From Stegostoma tigrinum (lineage: Eukaryota), in contig NC_081387.1 of NCBI RefSeq assembly GCF_030684315.1, positions 20,208,678 through 20,272,677 of the forward strand: a stretch of 64,000 nucleotides of DNA. The letters are read 5' to 3'. Below the pieces are notes generated by a model, which was not told the DNA's origin, did not search any database, and worked only from the letters and a program-made list of their open reading frames with translations. Both the position numbers and the translations under genes were made by a program. Position 1 is the stretch's first letter, and the number at the start of each line of letters is the position of its first letter. Shown here one piece after another: positions 48,068 to 61,249 of this stretch.

Positions 48068-50821
48068 AGCTTTTGTGCTCCTGAGATGCTGCTTGGCCTG
48101 CTGTGTTCATCCAGCCTCACATTTTATTATCTTGGAAAAGCTATGATATGTTTTGTAGAAATATCTGAGCATACAGTGATCAAAGCAAAATGCAGAAAAG
48201 CTGATTGAAACAGAAAGTAGTTTCAGGTAGGTCATCTCTCTTGTTACTCCAAATGTGTAGCAGTAAGGAGTGTCATTTGAGCAGTTTTTATTTTATAAAA
48301 ATCTCAGTTTTAAGGATGGCTTGACACTTTCATAGGAAGAGGGAAATATTACATTTGAACAAGAGATAGAGAACTTGTCATTCGTTTTACCCTCCCAATT
48401 TGCTTTAAATACTTCAAAATTTATAGGTCAAGAATTTTAAAGCTCCTCAGAGCAATACAGGTTCTGCTCATGGAATTTGTCAATAGAGAGCATCTCAGCC
48501 ACTGTTTCCATTTGCAGAAGGTGTAAAGGTCCATGAGAAATTGAGTGGTTATTTCTTAGTGTAGGCATTTACCCTAAGTGGGACACTGCAACCTATGTAC
48601 CTTTGCAGCAGCAGAAGATACAGAAGCTATTTCATTATCAGAATCTAACCACAGCATGCAATGATATGACTCTAATCACGTAAACATGATATAGCATTGC
48701 AAAATATCAAATGGGAATAATTCTACCCATTTAATGTATTACTTTATTTTGTTACTCTGCAAAAAAACTGTTCAAAAATCAAATTAAGATTAAAGTTCCA
48801 TATGTGGCCTTACAACCCCTGAACTCCTGCTGGGGACTTTGCAATATGTTGTAACATACAAATTTTTGCTTAATTAGGCAATCTCAGCCGGAACATTTGA
48901 AGGAATTGCTTGAGTGGAGCTGTTTATTTTCTATGCAGTGCCACGTCTGCACCTACCTGCCTATTCATCCCACTGCCAAAATTGTAGGCGAGTTAGTGTA
49001 TGAAATTTGTGGGAAGTCTTGCTTGCTTTTGGGCCCATTGAGGCAGTTAGGTGACCACGACCAAGTGGACAGAACAACGTCAGTCGGGAGGCATGGTGGC
49101 CCACTCCCCTTCTTCTCTATGAACTGCCAAGCGGGCCCTGGCAACCCTAGCTGTTCCTACGTTCCTTCGAGTGGGATGATTGCCTGGAAGTGGCAAGCAT
49201 TGCTGGGACTGCATGTCTACCAGTGAATTTTATTGGACTGCAACTCTTACTCATGTTGTGCACCTATACCTATGAGTGACTGTTACGTAAAATCAGGGGA
49301 ACATTGAATATGAATCAATCCTTCACCAATTCATGTATACAGTAGAGTATGGTCGACTTCACTAACGTGAAATTTCTTTTGAAAAAGGCTTAAGAAGCTG
49401 ATTAGGTTTTGTTTTTTGCAATTTATTCCCAAATTGAAACATATATAATGTTTATAAAGTGAGTATCGCACCGTTGGAGGCCTACAAGTAACAACATTCT
49501 ATGTATGAATGTCATTGAGATGCATTTCTGTTGTATAATCACAAATGCAATACAGCATTCATTCAACATGAATTACATTCCTGATGTTTACTCCTTCTTT
49601 TCCTCATATTTTATTCCAATCAGCACTGGGACTGTTTCAATAATCTTCTTTCAGTTCATACAATGCCCTACACCTCCTCTTTGTATCCTTACTGCATAAA
49701 TGTAAACATACTGGACATCAGCTCGACTGTCAACTGTGACTTTGAGGAATTATTAACTTCGTTACTTGTTTCACATTGGCTTGATTTTGTGCACCACAAT
49801 GGGAGGTGGATACAAATGCTAAGTTTATTACAGAAGGGAATGATGAAAATGGAGTGTCATGTATCCTCTCTATTCAAATTAAATGAGTGAAAGAATACCT
49901 TACTTTGATAATGATACTAACATAATTTTTCTGTACTTTGTTCAAAGCTTGATAATGCTTCCCATCGCTGCCAGGGTAATGAAGCCAAGCCAAAGAAACA
50001 GCGTCCACAACCTCCAAAGAGAAGCACGGAGTAGATTTCCCTGTAGTTTGTTTAGTATCACATATTTATATCAAACATCCAATCTTATCAACAGAAAGTT
50101 TAAGATAAAAAGGAATCTACTACTTTCAACTTTTGAGTTTTGTGCATGAATTAGTTGTTGACCATTTATGTATAGTATACGTCATATGAAAACTTAAATA
50201 TGTGAAATCCCTTCTTTTACAATTAATTCTTCTTCAATCTTTCATGTGCTGTTACCAATGAACAATCTATTGCCAGCAATAATTGAAACAATTAATAATC
50301 AATGCCAAGATGCATTCCACAAAAATTCTTCATAATAACTAAATATTTGGAGAAATCACATGCATGTGCTTTATTTATTCCATTTACTGCTTGCATTTTC
50401 TCAATGCCGTATGAAATTTTCCGATTAACCTCATGCTACAAATACTTACCCTATGCTACAAATACTTATTTCTTAGACTTCTACCTCCTCCATGTATCGT
50501 CATATTTCCAAATCCGGCCAGATCAATGTCCTAATCAGTAGTTTAAAATCATTGTTCTAAATACGTTAGAGTTGTAAGGATTCTTGATTCTCTCAGTTCA
50601 CTCAATCTGCTACAAGACAAAAGCCTTTAAAACCTAATTTTGCCACCAACTAAACACTTTACTGAAGTTGCCTAACCACTTTGATATTGTGAACTCTGGG
50701 TTTTAAACATATATTTCAGCTTCCACACTGTAAAAATAGTTTCGGTCCATATATGTTTTGCTGTGTGTTTGCATAAAAGCATAGCAGATAACATTCAGCA
50801 CTGGCATCCAGAAAGATACTA

Positions 50822-51369
50822 AAGTGTGAAGCTGGATGAACACAGCAGGCCAAGCAGCATCTCAGGAGCACAAAAGCTGACGTTTTCATCAGAGAGGGGG
50901 ATGGGGTGAGGGTTCTGGAATAATAGGGAGAGAAGGGGAGGCGGACCGAAGATGGAGAGAAAAGAAGATAGGTGGAGAGGAGAGTATAGGTGGGGAGGTA
51001 GGGAGGGGATAGGTCAGTCCAGGGAAGACGGACAGGTCAAGGAGGTGGGATGAGGTTAGTAGGTAGGAAATGGAGGTGCGGCTTGGGGTGGGAGGAAGGG
51101 ATGGGTGAGAGGAAGAACAGGCTAGGGAGGCAGAGACAGGCGGGGCTGGTTTTGGGAATGCAGTGGGGGGAGGGGAAGAGCAGGGCTGGTTGTGTGGTGC
51201 AGTGGGGGGAAGGGACGAACTGGGCTGGTTTTGGGATGTGGTGGGGACAGGGGAGATTTTGAAGCTGGTGAAGTCCACATTGATACCATTGGGCTGCAGG
51301 GTTCCCAAGCGGAATATGAGTTGCTGTTCCTGCAACCTTTGGGTGGCATCATTGTGGCACTGCAGGAGG
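50822..51369 (-). mobile_element. 5'-truncated Penelope-like element
   Basis: QEQQLIFRLGTLQPNGINVDF (50889-51335); 14-bp TSD CCAGAAAGATACTA 50808-50821 / 51370-51383; hammerhead stem II deleted. Confidence 0.92.
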
Positions 51370-51517
51370 CCAGAAAGATACTATGGGTTATCTGCAGATT
51401 TTCACTCCTGACAGTTGTTAAATGGAGCAAGCATTTCTTGGGCCAAGCATTTACTAGTTAATCTAAAAGATGAGGCCTTGGTAATGTCATAGTAAACTGG
51501 GAGAAAGATTACAATAG

Positions 51518-51616
51518 TGATAATGGGAACTGCAGATGCTGGAGAATCCAAGATAATAAAATGTGAGGCTGGATGAACACAGCAGGCCCAGCAGCATCTC
51601 AGGAGCACAAAGATTA
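51518..51616 (-). mobile_element. ~100-bp Penelope 3' terminal insertion
   Basis: Matches PLE terminus; 18-bp TSD GGAGAAAGATTACAATAG 51500-51517 / 51617-51634. Confidence 0.9.
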
Positions 51617-54600
51617 GGAGAAAGATTACAATAGAATGTGTTTGTCAATAAGTTGCCTCTGATTAACAACTGAAAATATGAAGTATACTAAAACATAGAG
51701 TCGAAATAACGTATATCCAAATATCCTCTCTTGTATCAAGTTTGAATTTTTAGAATTTCCAGAAACACATATACAATCTGCAAGTAAATCAATGAATTAA
51801 AAATAACTGGAATTTGACTAATAACCACACATTTTGGTAGATATGTATGCATGCCCTGAAAAGCAAAACATACCAGATTGCTATTGCATGCCCAGTTATT
51901 CTAAAATTATTTCTTGTACAAAGCAGGGCATGAATGAGCTTATGGAAATTTTCTTTCCATATTTCAGTGCATGTGTTTATGAATATCACAGCAGGTATAT
52001 TAATAATCTCTGTGCCTCATGCATAAATGTCGTATTCTGTAATAAATGTGTGCACAAAAATAAAAATGAAACTGAAATGCAAGTTTAACTATACAAAGTA
52101 AATACGTACTTCCACAATATATAAAATTCCAGCCTGTTCAATAAAAGTGCTAATCAGGCCATTCTTTATGTACATTTACTTTATGTCTTCATTGTGTTTA
52201 CTGCTATACAGTTGAATCATTGCAGCAGATGCATCATTAATTGCATTATATTAAATAATTTTTGTAATGCTGCCCATTGAATGGCCAGCATCTCAGAGAA
52301 AGTGTCAAGTCGGGTGGGAATGAAAGTAAACACCGAGAGTTAGGTAGCAGTAATGGAGAGATGGGCAAAAGAGTCAAAAGTAGGTTTACTGAGTGACATC
52401 AGGAGAGAGCATGCCGTGCAATTGAATATAAAGATACTATTAATTTTCTAATTTCATTAGTAGAGGCAAATAACACCCCATGTGGCTGAGTATTTAATGA
52501 TCCTTTACGTCTATTAGTCAAGGTCAAAACAATGGTATAACTCGCAAAATATGTATTATTGCAAGACAGGAGTAGCTTTTATGTAATATTGTGGTGGTGC
52601 GTCGATATGACTCCTTCATATCAAATATTCTCTTGGGGAAATAATTGGAGGTGAAATTTTTTAAAAGAAAAAGGAAGCAAAATGTTTATAATTATGTAAT
52701 GACTACCTTAGGATCGGGACATTATCATTGGATAAATAGCCATCTGTGACTGTTCTCGAACAGTTCAGTGTTGTACTGAACATGAAGGGCATCATTTCAT
52801 CTGTGAGAGATGAGGCGAATGCAGTGTCATTTCGTTGATATCACATGAGCTTTTCTGTGTCACTTATTCTAAGGGCAAAAATTAAGCCAGTGCTGGAAAA
52901 GCAATGTTTGCCATATGTGTTACATAAAAAGTTATCTCTCACCAGGGGTGTGGGCTGGCCTCTGTTACACTATGTTTGTAGGGTTGACATCCACTTTGGA
53001 ACCTCTGAAACTAGGTGTAGCGATGAGATGAACTTCTGCACACAACTGGTGTGTCGCCATTTTATCAATCAACATATTTCGTAATTGATGTAGGGGGTTT
53101 TCAAGTCTCTTTGATCACATCTCAAGTCAGAACTCTGGTAATCCTGAAGATAACTTGAAAAGGTTTAGCTCCACTTATAGCATATCCCCGAGGATGCGGA
53201 ATTCTTCTGTCCTGCAGGAATTCTCAAATGAACTAAGTATTATTTGCTTAATTAAAACTAGCATATTTTGCCAAGAAATGACTGCTGCATTTGGTGACTT
53301 TGGTTTTCCTTATGGTCTCAAAATCATAGAGTTGGAAGTTATTGGGGTGTGTAAGTTGTCCAGGCCTCATTGCCACAAACCATGCACTGAAGATGCATGT
53401 GTTAAATCAAATCAATATATTTCTGTAATTGTACAGTTAGCAAGGCCAATTTGACTGTCTTTATAAGTTGATTGTTTGCCTCTATAGATCCAAGATATCA
53501 GAAATTTCAGACTACTTCTGTGGTGTTGCTCAGACTGACCACAGGCAAATGCATGCAACACTGTCACTACAGTTTTCTTCACTATAGTATTGAAGGAAAA
53601 TATGACACAAGCATGAGACAATTCGTCCATTAGGCTTTCACGCTGGTCTTCCATTTTGCACAGTGAGTTTTGCATTATCAGCGGACAAAAGATCTTTGAT
53701 CAGGTACACCACACCTCAGTCCTGGTATACAGTTTGATAGATTTAGGAGTTTTGCATCTGATTATTTGTGTAGGTGCACATTTTCATGACTGCAGATAAC
53801 TAATAGGGAAGTGTAACAGAAAGAAAAAATACGAAAAACAGTTCAGGGCCCAAACTACAGAATTGTTTCTCTTCATTTCCTGCTTGAATAGTCAAATGTG
53901 TCATGAACTTGAATGGTAACTATGATTATGGAACAGGAATATGAATGCAATCAGATCCTGAGAGATATGACCAACATTTGAAGGCTATTGGTTTTGTGAG
54001 TACCTGCAGTGTATGTTATCACAAAAGGAGTACAAAACTCTTCAAAGCTTTGTGGCATAGCTGATATCTTTCTCTAATATCATCATTAGAGGCTGAGTAC
54101 CTATTTTACCTGTCTTAATTGCAGTGACAAATCTTATTTAGAAATCCACAAAAAGGAAGGTAATTTTGTTATTGTTCTCTGCACTTCTTTTGAAGCTGAG
54201 TTAGTAAGAATTTCATGTCTCCCATGGATCTACTTCTGCTGAAGTTACATTGTGCCCACCTAGTTGATGGAGCCTCGCTGGTGTGACTGTGGCAAAAAAT
54301 GTGTTGCTTCCCAGTCATTGTGGAATTTCTTTGATGCTCAGATGTAGGCTTCTGCATTGTGTCATCTTAATTATCGTGTATTTCTTCAGTAAAATATTGT
54401 CTGAACCTAAGTTCAGTTTGATTGTAATTTGGGCCCAGAGAAAAGAAAAATTGATCCTACAAAATATCAACAATGATCTGATTTATTTTTAAATTGCTAT
54501 GAAGCACACCATGGTTTAGACTTATTGAGTTCATTCATTTGTATAAATGGTGACTGACAATCTATTGATTTATTTTTGGCTGGTTGGTGCTGATTATTTA

Positions 54601-56365
54601 ATTAATTTCTACCCATCACTATCATATTCAATCAAGAACTGTGTCTGAAACAAAACTTAGATCAAATGCTGTCTTAAAATTTCTAAATTCATCCATTTAG
54701 AGCTTCATATTAGTTGGAAATGTTGCATATATACATTATTATATTTGCATAAAGGCACTGATTCTGAAACCTGTCAATAAATCTTCTTTTGATAATTAAT
54801 GCCTATATTTGCAATTGTCCTTTCCCAGCTATCTGGCCATTCTTGCATGTATTTCCTTTTCTCCCCACTATCATGTGAAATTCTCAATGTTTTATCGGTT
54901 AGAATGTTGAAGCCAAAAACGGTAAATTCACATCATGTCAAAGAATGCTGATAGTGTAATGCGAAAAGCTGAGAAAAAGAAATGAAACATCCTGAAGAGT
55001 AAAGCTGAAATGTTGGGGCCTCTTTTTTTTTGTAAACTTTATAATGCTTCTGTAAAGTTCCTTTGTGTGTGCTGTTAGGTCAAAGGCTCCATTCAACTGC
55101 GAGTTCTTGTCTTTGATGAAATGTACTTCGTTGTGCTCTTCAGCCGAATAGAACTATGATATAAGCAGAATGCTAATTCTAAAATGTTACGTTTCAAATG
55201 TCTCTTCATGCTTGAAAATATAAATGTTTTATTTTAATTCCACTTCAAATTGTCTCAAAAATATTTAAAGCATCAGTTCAATACACAGAAATGATATTTC
55301 TCTATCAGTCTTGGAGACTGCTGCTGTCTGCAATAAGTGGTGGAAAACATTTCTTGAATATCAGTCTTATAGGCAATATTGTGGTTTCTATTTGTTCTGA
55401 GTCAATGACACCCAGGTGCATTGCAGTGTACGTTGAACGTTTGGTTTTTATTTAACTGCCTTGCAAAATATTTTGTTGCAGTATGGATGACAATTGACTA
55501 TAGTTTTTAATCAATCGTGCATAAATGTGGTCTGTGTGATGGTTAAAGCTTTCAGTGTTAGAGTCTCATCTGGGCGTTTGCAACAAAAAAGGCAGCGTGC
55601 AAAAATGCTGGTTGGTTTAATTCCCTTTGAACTCAAAACCACAAAGATGCTTAAACCCTTCAGCTTAATTTAATCTACTGGTCTGAAATGATACTTTAAA
55701 GGTAGTAGAACTTTTATGGTCCTGATATGTATTGGAAGCTATGATGCGTCTATTTGGAGCAGAGATGAATCAGGGTACGTTTCCTGATAATCTGTTTTTT
55801 TTAAAGGATCACTCTCAAACAGTACTTTCGATATTTCACTTATTGGTCTTATGGGGAAGTAAAACTTCACAGCTGTCAAGAAGGGAAGAAGGACAGAAAT
55901 GAAGGAATGATATGTGTTATAAGGTAATATTGATGGGATTTGATTTAAATTTGGTCAGAGCGGCGACTAAAAGAAGTGACTCCACATAGGCAGTTGTCCA
56001 AATCTTAGTAATAAGGTAGCTATGGGATTCTCACACGTGTTGTTGGAGGCAAGCATGGAGGGCACAGGGGAAAAAGGCTTCAGTGAATTCCAGGGTGATC
56101 CTGGAACAGACAAGCACATGACATGGCACAACAAAACCACTTATCCAGGACATGCTTTCAATTCTGTATGCCTTAGATTTAAGGAAGCTGAGATTAAGGC
56201 CAAAGCAACGGAACAGATGGCTGAAAGAAAGTAGTGGCTTTATTCAGTGGTGTAAGTAAGGGTATTGTTGATAAAATCAGTCACTCAGTTGCTGAAAAAA
56301 AATGCAATGGCAATCGAAGTTCAATGGTGTAGGCTGTTCATGGTCGGCGTTGTCACTATGACTGG

Positions 56366-56690
56366 AGCAGCATGGCATGGTACATTAGCTCAGCAGTCAG
56401 CACGGTTGTCTCACAGTGCCAGGGGCCTGTGTTTGATTCTAAATTTGTGTGACTGTCTTTGTGGAGTTTGCATGTTCTCCCAGTTTCCATTGGATGCGCT
56501 GGTTTCCTCCCACAGTCCAAAGATTCACAAGTTAAGTGGATTGGTCTGCTAAATTGCCCCGTAGTGTCCAGAGATGTTTGGGGCTAGGTTAGCCATGACA
56601 GATGCGGAATATCAGGGGTTGGGAGAAGGCTTGGGTCTGGGTGCGATATTCTTCAGATGGCTGGTGCAGAGTCGATTGGCCAAATGGGAT
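56366..56690 (+). mobile_element. tRNA-derived SINE (HE1/V-SINE type)
   Basis: Colinear with 26835-27152. Confidence 0.75.
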
Positions 56691-56741
56691 TTGGTGGCAA
56701 TCCTATCAACTGCCTCTGCTGAGCCACTTCCTTCAATAGCC

Positions 56742-59700
56742 AAGATAATAAAATGTGAGGCGGGATGAGCACAGCAGGCCCAGCAGCATCTCAGGAGCAC
56801 AAAAGCTGACGTTTCGGGCCTAGATCCTTCATCAGAGAGGGTGATGGGGTGAGGGTTCTGGAATAAATAGGGAGAGAGGGGGAGGCGGACTGAAGATGGA
56901 GAGAAAAGAAGATCGGTGGAGAGGAGAGTATAGGTGGGGAGGTAGGGAGGGGATAGGTCAGTCCAGGGAAGACGGACAGGTCAAGGAGGTGGGATGAGGT
57001 TAGTAGGTAGATGGGGGTGCGGCTTGGGGTGGGAGGAAGGGATGGGTGAGAGGAAGAACAGGTTAGGGAAGCAGAGACAGGTTGGACTGGTTTTGGGATG
57101 CAGTGGGTGGGGGGGAAGAGCTGGGCTGGTTGTGTGGTGCAGTGGGGGGAGGGGACGAACTGGGCTGGTTTAGGGATGCAGTGTGGGAAGGGGAGATTTT
57201 GAAGCAGGTGAAGTCCACATTGATGCCATTGGGCTGCAGGGTTCCCAAGCGGAATATGAGTTGCTGTTCCTGCAACCTTTGGGTGGCATCATTGTGGCAC
57301 TGCAGGAGGCCCATGATGGACATGTCATCTAAAGAATGGGAGGGGGAGTGGAAATGGTTTGCGACTGGGAGGTGCAGTTGTTTATTGCGAACCGAGCGGA
57401 GGTGTTCTGCAAAGCGGTCCCCAAGCCTCCGCTTGGTTTCCCCAATGTAGAGGAAGCCACACAGGGTACAGTGGATGCAGTATACCACATTGGCAGATGT
57501 GCAGGTGAACCTCTGCTTAATATGGAAAGTCATCTTGGGGCCTGGGATGGGGTGAGGGAGGAGGTGTGGGGGCAAGTGTAGCATTTCTTGAAGTTGCAGG
57601 GGAAGGTGCTGGGTGTGGTGGGGCTGGAGGGCAGTGTGGAGCAAACAAGGGAGTCGCGGAGAGAGTGGTTTCTCCGGAAAGCAGACAAGCGTGGGGATGG
57701 AAAAATGTCTTGGGTGGTGGGGTCAGATTGTAGATGGCAGAAGTGTCGGAGGATGATGCGTTATATCCGGAGGTTGGTGGGTTGGTGTGTGAGAACGAGG
57801 GGCATCCTCTTTGGGTGGTTCTGATGGGGGCGGGGTGTGAGGGATATGTTGCGGGAAATGCGGGAGACGTGGTCAAGGGCGTTCTCAACCACTGTGGGGC
57901 GAAAGTTGCAGTCCTTGAAGAATTTGGACATCTGGGATGTGCGGGAGTGGAATGCCTCATCCTGGGAGCAGATGCGGCGGAGGTGGAGGGATTGAGAATA
58001 GGGGATGGAATTTTTGCAGGAGGGTGGGTGGGAGGAGGTGTATTCTAGGTAGCTATGGGAGTCAGTGGGCTTGAAATGGACATCAGTTACAAGCTGGTTG
58101 CCTGAGATGGAGACTGAGAGGTCCAGGAAGGTGAGGGATGTGCTGAAGATGGCCCAGGTGAACTGAAGGTTGGGGTGGAAGGTGTTGGTGAAGTGAATGA
58201 ACTGTTTGAGCTCCTCTGGGGAGCAAGACGCGGCGCTGATACAGTCATCAATGTAACAGAGGAAGAGGTGGGGTTTGGGGCCAGTGTAGGTGCGGAAGAG
58301 GGACTGTTCCATGTAACCTACAAAGAGGCAGGCATAGCTGGGGCCCATGCGGGTGCCCATGGCCACCCCCTTTGTCTGTAGGACGTGGGAGGAATCGAAA
58401 GAGAAGTTGTTGAGGGTGAGGAAGAGTTCAGCTAGGCAGATGAGGGTGTCGGTGGAGGGGGACTGTTCGGGCCTGCGGGACAGGAAGAAGCGGAGGGCCT
58501 TGAGGCCATCTGCATGCGGAATACAGGTGTATAGGGACTGGACGTCCATGGTGAAAATGAGGTGTTGGGGGCCACGGAATTGGAAGTCCTGGAGGAGGGG
58601 GAGGGCGTGGTTGGTGTCACGGTCGTAGGTAGGGAGTTCCTGGAACAAAGAGGAGAAAATGGAGTCCAGATAGGTGGAGATGAGTTTGGTGGGGCAGGAA
58701 CAGGCTGAGACCATGTGTCAACCAGGGCAGGCAGGTTTGTGGATTTTGGGAAGGAGATAGAAACGGGCCGTGCGGGGTTGGGGAACAATGAGGTTGGATG
58801 CTGTGGGTGGGAGGTCCCCTGAGGCGATGAGGTCATGAAATGGTGTTGGAGATGAACCTCAACTTTCCCCCCGACGGTGGCCGAGAACGCCCTTGGCTGC
58901 ATCTCCTGAATTTCCCGCAACACATCTCACACACCCCGCCCCCGCCACAACCGCCCAAAGAGGATGCCCCTCGTTCTCACACACCACCCCACCAACCTCC
59001 GGATACAACGCATCATCCTCCGACACTTCCGCCATCTACAATCCAACCCCACCATCCACGACATTTTTCCATCCCCACGCTTGTCTGCTTTCCGGAGAAA
59101 CCACTCTCTCCGCGACTCCCTTGTTCACTCCACACTCCCCTCCAACCCCACCACACCCGGCACCTTCCCCTGCAACCACAGGAAATGCTACACTTTCCCC
59201 CACACCTCCTCCCTCACCCCTATCCCAGGCCCCAAGATGACTTTCCATATTAAGCAGAGGTTCACCTACACATCTGCCAATGTGGTATACTGCATCCAGT
59301 GTACCCGGTATGGTTTCCTCTACATTGGGGAAACCAAGCGGAGGCTTGGGGACTGCTTTGCAGAACACCTCCGCTCGGTTCACAATAAGCAACTGCACCT
59401 CCCAGTCGCAAACCATTTCCACTCCCCCTCCCATTCTTTAGAGGACATGTCCATCATGGGCCTCCTGCAGTGCCACAATGATGCCACCCAAAGGTTGCAG
59501 GAACAGCAACTCATATTCCGCTTGGGAACCCTGCAGCCCAATGGCATCAATGTGGACTTCACCTGCTTCAAAATCTCCCCTTCCCCCACCACATCTCTAA
59601 ACCAGCACAGCTCTTCCCCTCCACCCACTGCATCCCAAAACCAGTCCAACCTGTCTCTGCCTCCCTAACCTGTTCTTCCTCTCATCCATCCCTTCCTCCC

Positions 59701-60025
59701 ACCCCAAGCCGCACCTCCATCTCCTACCTACTAACCTCATCCCACCTCCTTGACCTGTCTGTCTTCCCTGGACTGACCTATCCCCTCCCTATCTCCCCAC
59801 CTATACTCTCCTCTCCACCGATCTTCTTTTCTCTCCATCTTCGGTCCGCCTCCCCCTCTCTCCCTATTTATTCCAGAACCCCATCTTCATCCCCCTCTCT
59901 GATGAAGGGTCTAGGCCCGAAACATCAGCTTTTGTGCTCCTGAGATGCTGCTTGTCCTGCTGTGTTCATCCAGCTCCACACTTTGTTATCTTGGATTCTC
60001 CAGCACCTGCAGTTCCCATTATCAC
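56742..60025. mobile_element. Penelope-like (Neptune-type) element: minus-strand RT + GIY-YIG arm (56742-~58855) joined to inverted plus-strand GIY-YIG arm (~58856-60025)
   Basis: RT motifs TMDVQSLYT, GVAMGTRMGPSYA, YIDD (57761-58714); GIY-YIG in 57063-57644 and 58964-59668; 13-bp TSD TCCTTCAATAGCC 56729-56741 / 60026-60038; hammerhead motifs 56808-56835 (-) and 59899-59926 (+). Confidence 0.95.
57063..58714 (-). pseudogene. Disrupted PLE polyprotein (RT - Zn-finger linker - GIY-YIG)
   Basis: RT ORF stops at 57761; GIY-YIG continues in another frame; 5'-truncated. Confidence 0.85.
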
Positions 60026-61249
60026 TCCTTCAATAGCCCATCTACTTGAAGGTCCTTCAATACTCCTTCTACTCCCTCTGCTCTATTATATCTGCGCAAC
60101 TAATCTTACAGATTCCCCTCGTGACCCATGTATTAACCGATTTGTAAATGGTTTTTATCCCGTTTTTATTTGGCCTGCTCTGATTTAAATACTATGTCAT
60201 TAATCTGATCCGAAAAGAAACAAACCTTGACAATCATTCTCCAATGCTCACTACAGTTCTGAGTTTTGTGTCACCTGCAAAAACATTATTTTCATGCATG
60301 AAACAGAGCACAGATCTGAACACAGAAACTTTATTTCCTGAGTCTAAATGGAAGTTTTCCACTCTGACTTCCTCAGATAAATTCCTGCCTCTACTGTTGC
60401 TAGTCTGCCAAACTCATGTTTTTTAATTTTGGTGGCATCTGAAGTGCGTGATCCCACACCACAGCCACACACCACCCCCCCACTCCCATATCTATCCTTT
60501 CACACTTTTCATTGCTTCCCTACATGACTCTTTTTGGCTGCCTCACTAAGCCATTTTCCACATGAACAATGATGACACATAGCTGCCATTTACCATTTTC
60601 TTACCTTTTCTAACCAGCAAAACTACTTCTCTCGTGTCGAGAACACTGCAGTCCCTTCAGAAATCATATTCCTAAATCATAACGGCTTAAGGGCGGACCC
60701 AATGTTCACAGCCTTGGTATCATATTTGACCCAAGAGGTGCGCTTCCAAATGCCTGGCTGCAATATTAAAGAAAAGGGAATTTCCTCATTTGTGTATTGC
60801 CCAACTTTTTAACATTGGGATCTAATTAATCAAGCCATGGTGGACATCTCATATTCCCCGTTCCTTTTCAAATGTTTCCTTTGGAGTGTGGGCATCTCAA
60901 GAAAAAACGTTGTTGTAGTTTTGCTATTTATCTTTGACTGAATCACATGTTCAACCATTTCCAAGCGTAAATAAGAATTACCTGCATTGTTATATATTGG
61001 AGTCAAATGTAGGCCCCAGCAGGTAAGGGTGACGCATTTCATTCCCTAAAGGGCATTAGTAAACCAAATTGTTGTTAACAACAATTAATAATGGTTTCAT
61101 GGTTGCCGTTACTGAGAATAACTCTGCACTCATCCTCCATGCTGGAAGAAGAGTTGGAAGAAGAGATACTGGCAATTTTGATCCAATTACCTGAATAATA
61201 TTTTGGGTATTTCTTGGCTGCTTGAGCCTTTGTTTTACTTATGAAATCA

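Larger units (their letters stand above)
46838..48132. mobile_element. Young Penelope-like (Neptune-type) element, fold-back structure, GIY-YIG endonuclease in right arm
   Basis: NVVYCINCTRCGFLYIGETKQRLGYRFAEH (47357-47815); arms ~46870-47370 and ~47635-48136 nearly identical inverted; TSD TGGAAAA(A/G)CTATGA 46824-46837 / 48133-48146. Confidence 0.93.

Noticed and set aside
48150-56350. Scattered 60-110 aa ORFs in the AT-rich interval
   Set aside because: No recognisable domains or consistent exon chain; small exons of a long gene cannot be excluded by eye
57082-59649. Multiple overlapping 80-160 aa ORFs in the track (e.g. MDWFWDAVGGG..., 58840-59253)
   Set aside because: Antisense or alternative frames of the C-rich Penelope ORF, which are stop-poor by composition
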